This document shows, in pieces, positions 42,411 to 51,490 of a stretch of 64,000 bases of DNA. Below the pieces are notes generated by a model. That model was not told the origin of the DNA. It ran no database searches and saw only the letters and a program-made list of their open reading frames with translations. Position numbers and translations under genes: made by a program. The stretch comes from a virus. Every line of letters begins with the position of its first letter. Positions within the stretch are counted from its first letter, which is position 1. The stretch is taken from IMG/VR virus record IMGVR_UViG_2860209820_000001; one strand, given 5' to 3'.

Positions 42411-44753
42411 GTGCTGAGAGAAGTCATCTTCCGCGATGATCAGAAGATCACTACGCCGGACCTGAATAACCTTGGCGCCTTTTCGCGCCAGACCTTTGAC
42501 GCCCTGGTCGCCAACGCGGTGTCGAGCCTTCGCTACTACACGGGCTTTACTGTCACCAAGACCGGACAGACGGAAATCACGGTTGCCGCGGGCCATTATT
42601 GGGGCGGCGGGCCTGTCTTCGTACGATCCGAACCGACCGTCTTCAACGTCCTGACGGGTGGCACCTACATGCCGAACGTCACGAAGCGCATCGTCGCGGT
42701 CGTGGCCTATGGTGAGCCGATCGAGACGGACGTCCAGGAGCGGTCTTTCGAGATCGACGACCAGGGCAATACCGAGCCGCAATCGGTCGCTATGGAGCGC
42801 CTGCGCTATGCGCGCATCGCCCTGGTGCCCGGCGCCGAAAGCCCGAGTCCCGTTCGGCCCACCCTGGACGTCGGCCTGATCCCGGTTGCCTGGGTGACGC
42901 TCTCCACGTCTGGCGTCGACAGCGTCGAGATGGACGAGAACTATCGGCTTCCGTCCGTGGAATCGCTGAAGCAACTGATCGACGCCATCAACGTGTGGCG
43001 CGATCAGATCGGGCAGATTCTCGACACCATCCAGTCGGAGCTCGTGCGCATTCAGGCGGCGATCCCGCCGGACTATCGCGATCTGCTGCTCAGCCTGTTG
43101 GCTCGCCTGGAAGCCCTGGAAAACCTCGCCAAGCAGCCGGCCAGCGCCGTCAGGACGTTCATCGACAAGTTCTCGAACCTGTCGGACAGCGACACGGCCT
43201 ATGCCGGCTACGCCGCGCTGGTGGATGACGGCCTGCGGTTCCCGCAGGGTGATCCGAGCTACACGACGGTGGCCCTGGCCAACCCGCTTGACGCCAAGGT
43301 GAAGATCACCAACGGCATCATGACGCCGGCGCAGGATGCCACGGCCGTGCGCCTGTCGATCGGCAACCCGGATGGCGCGCTCTCCATCAGCCAATACCCG
43401 GTGCAGACAACCGAGCGCGTCCAAAAGATGATGACGCGCACCGTCACCAAATACGGAGACTGGTTCAATCTGTGCCGCGGCGGCCCGAAGGCGAGCGTCG
43501 ACGATCTCCTGCGCTACCTCGGCGACGACATGACGCTCGCCGAGGCGAAGGTCGTTTACGAGGCGCTGTTCAACACGGTCAAGGCCGGGAACATTGAGCT
43601 CGACGACAAGCATCAGTTCGAGTTCCGTGGGGATGACGGCGAGACGTACACCTTCGAGATCAAGAGCTACAAGGCTGGCCGGGGATCCTACAACATCCGG
43701 CTTGTCTCGCTCGAGACGCACGAAGAGCCGTATTGGGACACGGTGACCAAGACCGTCACGGTGACCGCATCGCAGATCACTCAGACCTTCTTGAACGCGA
43801 CGAACGGATGGCTGACCGAGGTCGGAATCCAGTTTGACCAGGTCGGCACGACGAGCGATGTGCAGGTTTACGTCTTCGAGGTCGCCAGCGACAAGCCGCT
43901 CAAGAACTCCATCATCTCGCGGGGCTCGATTCCCGTCGCGAACCTGGTGGGCAACGCGCTCAATAAGTGCCAGATCGAGCCGGTCTACCTCAAGGGCGGG
44001 CGCGCCTATGCGATCGGCATTGCGTCGACCGGCAACCACTTCGTCAAAGTCCGCACGGGCAACAAGTATCTGTCTGGGTCGGCTTTCTACCTGTCCGATC
44101 TCGGCGAATGGGAGCCCGTCCAGAATAGCGGCGACATCTGCATCAGCCTGTTTTTCGGGGCCTTCAAGCAGTCCCGCATTGAGGTCCAGATGCAGCCGCT
44201 CACGCGGGTTGATGGCATCGCGGGCATTCGTCTGAACGCCGCTCAGTACGTCCCGGAGGGCACGCAGTTGCTTTGGGAGGTGCAGCGCGCCGGCAAGTGG
44301 TACCAGATCTCTGAAGGCGAATACGGCGCCCTCGACGGCAACCCCACGCTGGTGAATCTGCGGGCCGTGTTCGTCGGAACGCGCGATCTGATGCCGGCTA
44401 TCGACACCACACAGACCGAGATCGAGCTGCTCGGCCCGGTCGGCAACCTGACGCACTTCTCGAAAGAGCGGACGCTTGGAAGCTCCACGACGAGCATCCA
44501 GGTGCACTACGACATCGCGGGCTACGACAAGGACGAGCACACCTTCGGGTGCAGCCTGATCCTGGACGGCGGCGCGACCGAGGCGGCGGACAGCGTGACC
44601 ATCACGCCCGATCCGCTCGACGCGACGACGGCTCGAGCCGTGGCTGTGTTCACGCCAGCGGCCTTGACCAAGTACCGCGTGAAAACGACCGGGAGCCGTG
44701 GGTCAGCGGCGGCTGGCTTCGTCGCGACCGAGCGTCGTGACTTTGTGTTCTAA
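42411..44753 (+). CDS. large baseplate / tail-fibre attachment protein
   Basis: 780 aa, beta-rich, position after gpI. Confidence 0.6.
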   Translation: MLREVIFRDDQKITTPDLNNLGAFSRQTFDALVANAVSSLRYYTGFTVTKTGQTEITVAAGHYWGGGPVFVRSEPTVFNVLTGGTYMPNVTKRIVAVVAYGEPIETDVQERSFEIDDQGNTEPQSVAMERLRYARIALVPGAESPSPVRPTLDVGLIPVAWVTLSTSGVDSVEMDENYRLPSVESLKQLIDAINVWRDQIGQILDTIQSELVRIQAAIPPDYRDLLLSLLARLEALENLAKQPASAVRTFIDKFSNLSDSDTAYAGYAALVDDGLRFPQGDPSYTTVALANPLDAKVKITNGIMTPAQDATAVRLSIGNPDGALSISQYPVQTTERVQKMMTRTVTKYGDWFNLCRGGPKASVDDLLRYLGDDMTLAEAKVVYEALFNTVKAGNIELDDKHQFEFRGDDGETYTFEIKSYKAGRGSYNIRLVSLETHEEPYWDTVTKTVTVTASQITQTFLNATNGWLTEVGIQFDQVGTTSDVQVYVFEVASDKPLKNSIISRGSIPVANLVGNALNKCQIEPVYLKGGRAYAIGIASTGNHFVKVRTGNKYLSGSAFYLSDLGEWEPVQNSGDICISLFFGAFKQSRIEVQMQPLTRVDGIAGIRLNAAQYVPEGTQLLWEVQRAGKWYQISEGEYGALDGNPTLVNLRAVFVGTRDLMPAIDTTQTEIELLGPVGNLTHFSKERTLGSSTTSIQVHYDIAGYDKDEHTFGCSLILDGGATEAADSVTITPDPLDATTARAVAVFTPAALTKYRVKTTGSRGSAAAGFVATERRDFVF

Positions 44754-44763
44754 GGAGGCCGCA

Positions 44764-44949
44764 ATGACCAGGAAGACCACGAAAGCGCCCGATCCCATCG
44801 ATGACGCCAAGATCTACGACGTGGTTCTCAACCGCGTCGTGGACCGCGGCAACGGCGTGTACCTGAAGCCGGAGCAGGAAGTGACTGTCTCGGGCAAGGT
44901 CTTGCGCGAGCTGGGGGATGCTGTCGATGGCTTTGAACCTCGCGAATAG
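44764..44949 (+). CDS. small hypothetical tail protein
   Basis: Position; GGAGG RBS. Confidence 0.5.
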   Translation: MTRKTTKAPDPIDDAKIYDVVLNRVVDRGNGVYLKPEQEVTVSGKVLRELGDAVDGFEPRE

Positions 44950-46489
44950 GTTCCGCGCGGATACTGGCGTCGATTTTACGTCAGAGTTCTGGAACGGATT
45001 TGTGGGCGAGATCGACCTCGCCCTCAATGACCTAACCGGCAAGTCAGCCTCGTTCGAGGAAGCGCGAGCCGAGCTCATTCAGGCGGCCTTGTTCCGTCTG
45101 AACGAAATCCTATTGCCGGCTTATGAGCGCGTGTTTGAGTATCAGCAGGCGGGGTTTCTGACAGCGGAGATCGCGGACGACAGCGAGGTCACCTTCGCTG
45201 AAGGCTCGACGACGCTGGCGATCCACCCGGACAAGCGCGACCTTTTCCGGCCGACGCCTTTCGTGGCGCTCTCACGAGCCTCGATCAGCACCGACATCGC
45301 GATCGCCCGCCACGACAGCTACGACCCAGAGACAGGCGCTCTTGTCCTCACGATCGTCGCGGTGTCCGGTAATGCCGGGCCGCACTCCGACGTTATCGTG
45401 TCGGCGACGGCCGCTTCGGTCCAAGCTCAGCAGATCTTCCTGACGGACGCCAAGGCGGCGCGTGACAGGGCACAGGACTGGGCTGAAAAGGCCGTTGATG
45501 TCGCCGTCGAGACCGGAAAGTTCTCGGCCAAGCACCATGCGACGAAGGCGGCGGCGTCAGCCTCCGCTGCCGCTGGCTCCGCATCCACGGCGGCGACGAA
45601 GGCCGGTGAGGCGACGACGGCCGCCACCACAGCCGGAACTGCCCGCGACAAGGCCCAGAAATGGGCCGATGAAGCGGAAGACGTCGCGGTTGAGGCGGGG
45701 AAGCACTCTGCCAAGCATTGGGCGCTCAAGGCTGCGGCCAGCGCGGCTTTGGCTGCGCTGTTTGACCCGTCCAACTATTACACGAAGGTTGAGGTCTACG
45801 CGAAAAGCGAAGTCTACGCCAAGACGGAGACCTATACGCGGGCGGAAGTCGACGCGGCGATATCGACCGCGATCGACAACCTGGTCGATGGCGCGCCTGG
45901 CGCGCTGGACACGCTTATCGAGCTGTCCGCCGCTCTTGGGGACGATCCGAACTTTGCTGCGTCCATGGCAGCGGCGATCGCGGCCAAGGCGGATGCGGTC
46001 CACTCGCACACTCTGGCACAGATCTCGGATGCCTCGGCAAACGGCCGATCGCTTATTGGCGCTGCCAACTACGCGGCGATGCGGACGCTGCTTCAGCTAC
46101 GTGTCGGCACAGAGGTGCAGGCCTTCGACGCGAACTATGCCAAGACCAATGCTGCGCAGACATGGACCGGATCGCAGCTGTTTGGGCAGATCGCCGGGAC
46201 GGTAACGGCTATCGCGGCCTCTGCAATTGATTGCTCTCTCGGCAATGTCTTCACCAAGACGGTCAACGGAAACATCACGTTCACTACGTCGAGCGTGCCC
46301 GCCTCACGAGCCTATGGGTTCACGCTCGTGCTGACCTACACCTCCGGCACAATAACCTGGTTCTCGGGCGTCCAATGGCGGGATGGTGAGGCGCCTTCAT
46401 TCACCGGCGGCAAGACCTATTTCGTCATCTTCGAGACACTCAACGGCGGCACGACTTGGCGTGGTGCAGCGCTTGAATTCAATGGGTGA
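44918..46489 (+). CDS. tail fibre protein
   Basis: Ala/Thr-rich repeats, YSAKHW-type repeats, GAPGALDTLIELSAALGDDPNFA collar motif. Confidence 0.85.
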   Translation: MLSMALNLANRFRADTGVDFTSEFWNGFVGEIDLALNDLTGKSASFEEARAELIQAALFRLNEILLPAYERVFEYQQAGFLTAEIADDSEVTFAEGSTTLAIHPDKRDLFRPTPFVALSRASISTDIAIARHDSYDPETGALVLTIVAVSGNAGPHSDVIVSATAASVQAQQIFLTDAKAARDRAQDWAEKAVDVAVETGKFSAKHHATKAAASASAAAGSASTAATKAGEATTAATTAGTARDKAQKWADEAEDVAVEAGKHSAKHWALKAAASAALAALFDPSNYYTKVEVYAKSEVYAKTETYTRAEVDAAISTAIDNLVDGAPGALDTLIELSAALGDDPNFAASMAAAIAAKADAVHSHTLAQISDASANGRSLIGAANYAAMRTLLQLRVGTEVQAFDANYAKTNAAQTWTGSQLFGQIAGTVTAIAASAIDCSLGNVFTKTVNGNITFTTSSVPASRAYGFTLVLTYTSGTITWFSGVQWRDGEAPSFTGGKTYFVIFETLNGGTTWRGAALEFNG

Positions 46490-46492
46490 GCC

Positions 46493-47437
46493 ATGGATCC
46501 GATGACGCGGACGCTGTTCATGGCGGCGGGGAAGAGTAAGCCGCCCGTGGTCGTCGCAGGTGGTGTGGACCGTTACATCATCCGCTCTGAAGATGGCGTG
46601 AACTGGACATCCCCGTTTAATGACTCTGGCGGGACGTCCTACTTTAATCAGATCATCTTTGCGAACGGGCTGTTCGTCGCTGTGTCTTCGCACGGGATTT
46701 ATACATCTCCCAATGGAAGCACGTGGACGCTTCGACTAGGGGGCGCTGGTGAGTTTTCCTGCGTCGCCTTCGGAGGCGGGCTGTTTGTCGCTATGGGGGC
46801 GGCGTTTTACACCTCTCCGGATGGCATCACGTGGACATCGCGCAGCATGTCTACTTATCTTGGGCCGACGATAACCTACGTGTCGGCCGTCGCCTACGGC
46901 AATAGCACGTGGGTCTGCGTCGGGGTGGCGGGGACCACATCTCGACCATTCACGAAAACTGGGACACCAGCGGCAGTCTGGACATCACAGGCAACGCTCA
47001 CCGGCTCCGATCGTTATGTTGGTCTGCGCTATACGGCTGGCGCGTTCTATATGATGAGGCAGGCCGCTGCCGGGGCATTATATCGGTCGGTCAACGACGG
47101 CGTGAGCTTCAGCAATGCCGGCATCCAGGCGGCAACCAATTGCGGCGTGGACTGGGCGTATAATGGTAGCCTTTGGGTCGCGGTTGGTTCCAATGGGACC
47201 GCTCCACAGTTGAAGACATCAACGGATATCTCTGTGGGGTGGTCGACGGTTAACACCTCGTTCTTCACGAGCACGACAATCGCTGCCGTCGAATACATCC
47301 CTGGCCTTGATCTGTGGGTCATTGGCGGGACAGGCGGTCTGATGGCCTACTCTCCCGACGTCATCAACTGGACACTCGGAACCGTCACCGGGCTTGGCAC
47401 GCGGGCCATTCAAGCCATCACATACGGATACATCTAA
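46493..47437 (+). CDS. beta-propeller (BNR/Asp-box) tail-associated protein
   Basis: Repeated SxDGxxWT motifs. Confidence 0.7.
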   Translation: MDPMTRTLFMAAGKSKPPVVVAGGVDRYIIRSEDGVNWTSPFNDSGGTSYFNQIIFANGLFVAVSSHGIYTSPNGSTWTLRLGGAGEFSCVAFGGGLFVAMGAAFYTSPDGITWTSRSMSTYLGPTITYVSAVAYGNSTWVCVGVAGTTSRPFTKTGTPAAVWTSQATLTGSDRYVGLRYTAGAFYMMRQAAAGALYRSVNDGVSFSNAGIQAATNCGVDWAYNGSLWVAVGSNGTAPQLKTSTDISVGWSTVNTSFFTSTTIAAVEYIPGLDLWVIGGTGGLMAYSPDVINWTLGTVTGLGTRAIQAITYGYI

Positions 47438-48030
47438 TGCACGCACTCATCCAAGTGGGCGAGGTCGTCGTCTATCCTTATACTGATTGGCATCTTCGCC
47501 GCGACAATCCCGACACCAGCTTTCCAACAGCGATGGATGACACGGTGCGCGCTGACTTCGGCGTGCACCCCGTTGCGCCAACGCCCATACCCACGGACAA
47601 GCGAGCAATTGGCACGACCGCCGGTTACGTAAACGGTGAGCTTGTCGAGATCCATACGCTGGAGGACATCCCCCTCGAAGAGCTGAAAGCCGAGAAGCTC
47701 GCGGCTTTGGCTCAGCGCCGCTGGGAAGTCGAGACGGGCGGGCTGACGGTCGGCGGTCTGTTTGTCCCGACCGACCGCGAGACACAGGCAATCGTCGATC
47801 GCACCGTAAAAGCATTCGACGACGGTGATCTGACCGCGCCAATTGAGTTCAAATCCCCGGCCGGTTTCGTGGAACTCACCGTCAGCCAATTGCGCACCAT
47901 CAAAGCGGCGGGCGCACAGCATATCCAGGCGTGTTTTAAACGCGAGAGTGTGCTCACCACTGCCATCGCCGCAGCCACCACGCCAGCCGCCCTTGACGCC
48001 ATCGACATCAACCAGGGATGGCCGACATGA
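47437..48030 (+). CDS. DUF4376-like tail fibre assembly protein
   Basis: LAQRRWEVETGG, PTDRETQ, HIQACFKRE. Confidence 0.75.
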   Translation: MHALIQVGEVVVYPYTDWHLRRDNPDTSFPTAMDDTVRADFGVHPVAPTPIPTDKRAIGTTAGYVNGELVEIHTLEDIPLEELKAEKLAALAQRRWEVETGGLTVGGLFVPTDRETQAIVDRTVKAFDDGDLTAPIEFKSPAGFVELTVSQLRTIKAAGAQHIQACFKRESVLTTAIAAATTPAALDAIDINQGWPT

Positions 48031-48242
48031 TCACCGTCACCCACCAAACGACCCTCGTCGACGGCATCGAGAAGGTCGTCATCACGCCGTCGACGCAAGA
48101 CCTGGAAAGCGGCGACTGGGTCCGCGAGATCCGCGTCTTTACCGGGCCGGAGGGTGAGGATGGGATCCCCACCACCGTGCTGCGCCTCCAGGGCGCATCC
48201 CGCGAGAAGATCGACCTGACGGCCCCCGTCCAGACGTTCTGA
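48018..48242 (+). CDS. hypothetical protein
   Basis: 74 aa ORF. Confidence 0.5.
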   Translation: MADMITVTHQTTLVDGIEKVVITPSTQDLESGDWVREIRVFTGPEGEDGIPTTVLRLQGASREKIDLTAPVQTF

Positions 48243-48266
48243 CGCCACCCCACACATTCTGTTCGC

Positions 48267-48296
48267 AAGGCGCCCTCGTGGCGCCTTTTTCTTTTT
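48267..48296 (+). terminator. intrinsic terminator
   Basis: aaggcgcc-ctcgt-ggcgcctt followed by tttcttttt. Confidence 0.7.
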
Positions 48297-48307
48297 GAGG
48301 GAGCCTT

Positions 48308-49957
48308 ATGGCCGACCTTTCCTTTCACCATGGCGCACGGGTCTTTGAGTCCGACGAAACGCCGGTACTCATCCGCACCGACCAAAGCGCCGTCGTCTTC
48401 CTGATCGGCACGGCGCCCGACGCGGATGAAGATGCGTTCCCTTTCGACAAGCCTGTCCTGCTTTACGGCAAGGACAGCCGGGCGTCGAAGCTTGGCAATG
48501 CCGGGACGCTGAAGGCGGCCTATGACGGCATCCTCGATCAGCACGGGCCGTACGTCTACATCAGTCGCGTTGAGGTGGGCGACACGGACGCCGAGACGCT
48601 GTCCAACCTCGTTGGCGACAGCACCGCGCTGACCGGCGTTCATGCCGCCAAGAAGTGCGAAAGTCTCTATGGCCTTAAGCCGCGCATTTTCATTGCACCG
48701 GGCTTCACTGCGTCCACGCCCACGGACGGCATTGCTTCGATCCAGATGACCAATCAGGGATCTGGCTATCACAGTGCGCCGAGCGTCGCGGTCTCTGGCG
48801 GCAATGACGGCGAGTTCGAGGCTATCTTCGCCGACGGCAAGGTGACCGGCGTCAAGATCAAGCGGGCAGGGGCGGGCTTCACGACACCTGCGGTTTCGTT
48901 CTCGGGCGGCGGCTCGGGGGCTGCAGCGACAGCCTTAGTCAACTCCGGCGCCGTATCCGCGATCAGTGTGACCAATGGTGGCGCGGGCTACGTCACGCCC
49001 CCGGCGGTGACCATCACGGGAGCGGGGAGCGGCGCGGCGGCAACGGCGGTCCTAACCGACGGTGTCGTGACTGCGGTGACGATCACGAACGGTGGCACAG
49101 GCTACAGTTCCGCTCCGACGATCGCCTTCTCTGGCGGCTCCGGCGCCGCTGCCACGGCTCATGTCGGCAACGTTATGAACCCGGTCGTCGCTGAGATGAT
49201 GGGCGTGCTCGATGACATCCGCGCCATCGCCTTCGTGGACGGGCCGGATACCACCGATGCCGAGGCCTACGCCTATCGGTCGCTGATCAACTCGCAGCGC
49301 ATCTATGTGATCGATCCCAAGGCTCTGGTTTGGGATACGACCGCGGACGCCTACGTGCCGCAGCCGGCTTCACCACGCTTTGCGGGTCGGCAGTGCCAGG
49401 TCGATCGCGACCTTGGGTTCTGGTGGTCGGTCTCCAACAAGCCGATCAACGGGATTGGCGGCACAACCCGGCCCGTGACCTACGGCGCGCAGGCGAACTA
49501 CCTCAACGAGCGCGCGGTCAACACGATCATCAACCTGCAGGGCGAAGGCTTTCGCACCTGGGGCAACCGGGTCACGACGGGCGATGACCTGTGGCGCTTC
49601 CTATCAGTTCGTCGCACGGCCGACTTCATCAACGAGGCGATCGAGAAGTCCTACACCGAGTTCGTCGACAAGCCGTTCTCCCTCGCGAACCTCAAGTTCA
49701 TGATCGAGTCCGGCCGGGCGTTCATGCGCACCCTCGTTGCTGAAGGCGCGATCCTTGGCGGCGATGTGTGGCTCGATCCCGAGCGGAACACGAACGAGGA
49801 GATGGCCTCCGGCCGTGTGACCCTCGGCGTCAAGTTCGAGCCGCCGGCGCCGATGGAAGACATCCGGGTCATCGCCCATCGCGAGATCCAGTATTACGCC
49901 CAGCTCCGCGACCGAGTTCTCTCTGAACTCGGCGACGGCGCCCTCTCGGCCGCGTAA
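48308..49957 (+). CDS. contractile tail sheath protein (FI) with inserted repeat domain
   Basis: FHHGARV, LKPRIFIAPGF, WWSVSNKPING, RTWGNR, FLSVRRTAD. Confidence 0.95.
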   Translation: MADLSFHHGARVFESDETPVLIRTDQSAVVFLIGTAPDADEDAFPFDKPVLLYGKDSRASKLGNAGTLKAAYDGILDQHGPYVYISRVEVGDTDAETLSNLVGDSTALTGVHAAKKCESLYGLKPRIFIAPGFTASTPTDGIASIQMTNQGSGYHSAPSVAVSGGNDGEFEAIFADGKVTGVKIKRAGAGFTTPAVSFSGGGSGAAATALVNSGAVSAISVTNGGAGYVTPPAVTITGAGSGAAATAVLTDGVVTAVTITNGGTGYSSAPTIAFSGGSGAAATAHVGNVMNPVVAEMMGVLDDIRAIAFVDGPDTTDAEAYAYRSLINSQRIYVIDPKALVWDTTADAYVPQPASPRFAGRQCQVDRDLGFWWSVSNKPINGIGGTTRPVTYGAQANYLNERAVNTIINLQGEGFRTWGNRVTTGDDLWRFLSVRRTADFINEAIEKSYTEFVDKPFSLANLKFMIESGRAFMRTLVAEGAILGGDVWLDPERNTNEEMASGRVTLGVKFEPPAPMEDIRVIAHREIQYYAQLRDRVLSELGDGALSAA

Positions 49958-49966
49958 GGAGCGACC

Positions 49967-50473
49967 ATGAAAGAGACACCTGCGTACATCCTGCGCAACT
50001 GCACCATCTTCGTGGATCGCGACTCCAAGGTTGGACAGGCGAGTGAAATCACTGTCCCGCCCATGAAGGTCAAGTACGAGGAGTTCCGCAACGCCGGCAT
50101 GGTGAAACCGCGTCGCGTTGCCCTCGGCTACGAGACGCTCGAGATGTCGTTCGCCATGACGGCCTTTGATCCCGCAACGCTGAAGCTCTTCGGACTTCGG
50201 CCGGGAGTGGAAAAGGAGTTCATGGCGACGGCCGCGCTGGTCGATGAGGACGGCACCGTCCACCCTGCGACCGTCTACATGCGTGGCTTCCTCGATGGGT
50301 TCGACCCCGGCGCGTGGACGCCGGGCGAAAAAGCCAGCACCTCGCACACCGTGTCCGTGCACTATGTCAAGCTGGAGATCGATGGTTCGCCCATCGTCGA
50401 GGCTGACGACTATGACGTGAAGATCGGTGGCGAAAGCCAGACGGGCGGCATCCGCTCGGCTATGATGCTCTGA
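49967..50473 (+). CDS. tail tube protein (FII)
   Basis: YILRNCTIFVD, EEFRNAGM, YVKLEIDG. Confidence 0.9.
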   Translation: MKETPAYILRNCTIFVDRDSKVGQASEITVPPMKVKYEEFRNAGMVKPRRVALGYETLEMSFAMTAFDPATLKLFGLRPGVEKEFMATAALVDEDGTVHPATVYMRGFLDGFDPGAWTPGEKASTSHTVSVHYVKLEIDGSPIVEADDYDVKIGGESQTGGIRSAMML

Positions 50474-50552
50474 TAGGCGAGGGCGCTCCCGGTGTGGGGC
50501 GCCCTACCTCCGACAGGCCCGCTTCGACTGGGTGATGGGGTGGAGATGAGGG

Positions 50553-51062
50553 TTAGGTCGCAGGCTTCTTTGTGTCCTCGCAGGTGGTGTTGAATTTGCG
50601 GACCGCGTTCGCGCTACCTTTCGCAGGGAACGTAATAATCTGGTCAGCTATCCCGACCACAATCCTGTTCTTTGCAGCGCCGACTTCTTTGATGATTTCA
50701 TGAATTACTGGCTCACGCTCTGCACTAACGCGGAAGGCGATCTTTCCGTCAACATCAATGAGATTTAGGGAGACGTCTCGTTTTTCTCCTTTGTCGACGC
50801 GTACAACAACGTCAACCTCATCCTTGTATGCGCCACCCGCATTGTGAGGCAGTGGCGTTGTCAAGATCAAGAGCGTCTCGTCCTTCTCGCCCTGCCAGCA
50901 TTTAAAGCCGATGATAAACGGTCGCGGCGTCTTCTCCTGCACCGTGAGGATGAAGCCGATTTTCTGATCGTCGAGTGGGTCCTCCCCGCCCTGAAACAAC
51001 CAATCCGCATGAGCCGATGTCGCGGCCGCAATCACTGCAGCCGCCAAAAGCGCGCGCTTCAT
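50553..51062 (-). CDS. secreted moron protein
   Basis: Signal peptide MKRALLAAAVIAAATSAHA; lower GC; antisense inside the tail operon. Confidence 0.7.
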   Translation of the reverse strand: MKRALLAAAVIAAATSAHADWLFQGGEDPLDDQKIGFILTVQEKTPRPFIIGFKCWQGEKDETLLILTTPLPHNAGGAYKDEVDVVVRVDKGEKRDVSLNLIDVDGKIAFRVSAEREPVIHEIIKEVGAAKNRIVVGIADQIITFPAKGSANAVRKFNTTCEDTKKPAT

Positions 51063-51089
51063 TCCCCATCCCCCAAAAAGGTTTCACGC

Positions 51090-51344
51090 ATGACCGATAC
51101 AGTCACGGTTCCCCTCTCGCGTCCAATCCAGCATGAAGGCGTCGACCTGTCCAGCTTGACCTTCCGCCCGGCTACTGTGGGAGATCTTATCGAGGGCGAC
51201 GGGATTGTTGGCGACACCGCGCGCCTTGCGACGATTCTTGCCTCGATGGCCGGCATTCCTATCGCGGAGTTTCGCAAGGTCTCCGCCAAGGACTACAACG
51301 TTATCATCGACAAGACCGGCGATCTTTGGGGAAACGCCCCATAG
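51090..51344 (+). CDS. tail assembly chaperone (gpE/G-like)
   Basis: VPLSRPI, LTFRPATVGDL, KVSAKDY. Confidence 0.85.
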   Translation: MTDTVTVPLSRPIQHEGVDLSSLTFRPATVGDLIEGDGIVGDTARLATILASMAGIPIAEFRKVSAKDYNVIIDKTGDLWGNAP

Positions 51345-51490
51345 GGAGGGGGTGGATGGACGTTGCCATACTGATTGCGCACGTCCTGCACACCTCCCTG
51401 ACTGATGTCGAGGGCATGCCGCTCGACAAGGCGTGGCGCTATCACGAGGGCGCCCTGAAGGTTCTGAAGGCCAAGGCCGGGACGCGATGA
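51329..51490 (+). CDS. -1 frameshift extension of the tail chaperone (gpE'/GT-like)
   Basis: Slippery G GGA AAC at 51329-51335; -1 frame gives GKRPIGRGWMDVAILIAHVLHTSLTDVEGMPLDKAWRYHEGAL... Confidence 0.75.
   Translation, partial: GKRPIGRGWMDVAILIAHVLHTSLTDVEGMPLDKAWRYHEGALKVLKAKAGTR

Noticed and set aside
32004-44540. Long antisense ORFs (e.g. 32004..33191, 35041..37080, 42000..44540)
   Set aside because: Shadow frames of GC-rich structural genes; no motifs or RBS
44918-47437. Diversity-generating retroelement or invertible tail-fibre cassette
   Set aside because: No reverse transcriptase or invertase gene and no TR/VR duplicate or inverted crossover sites seen
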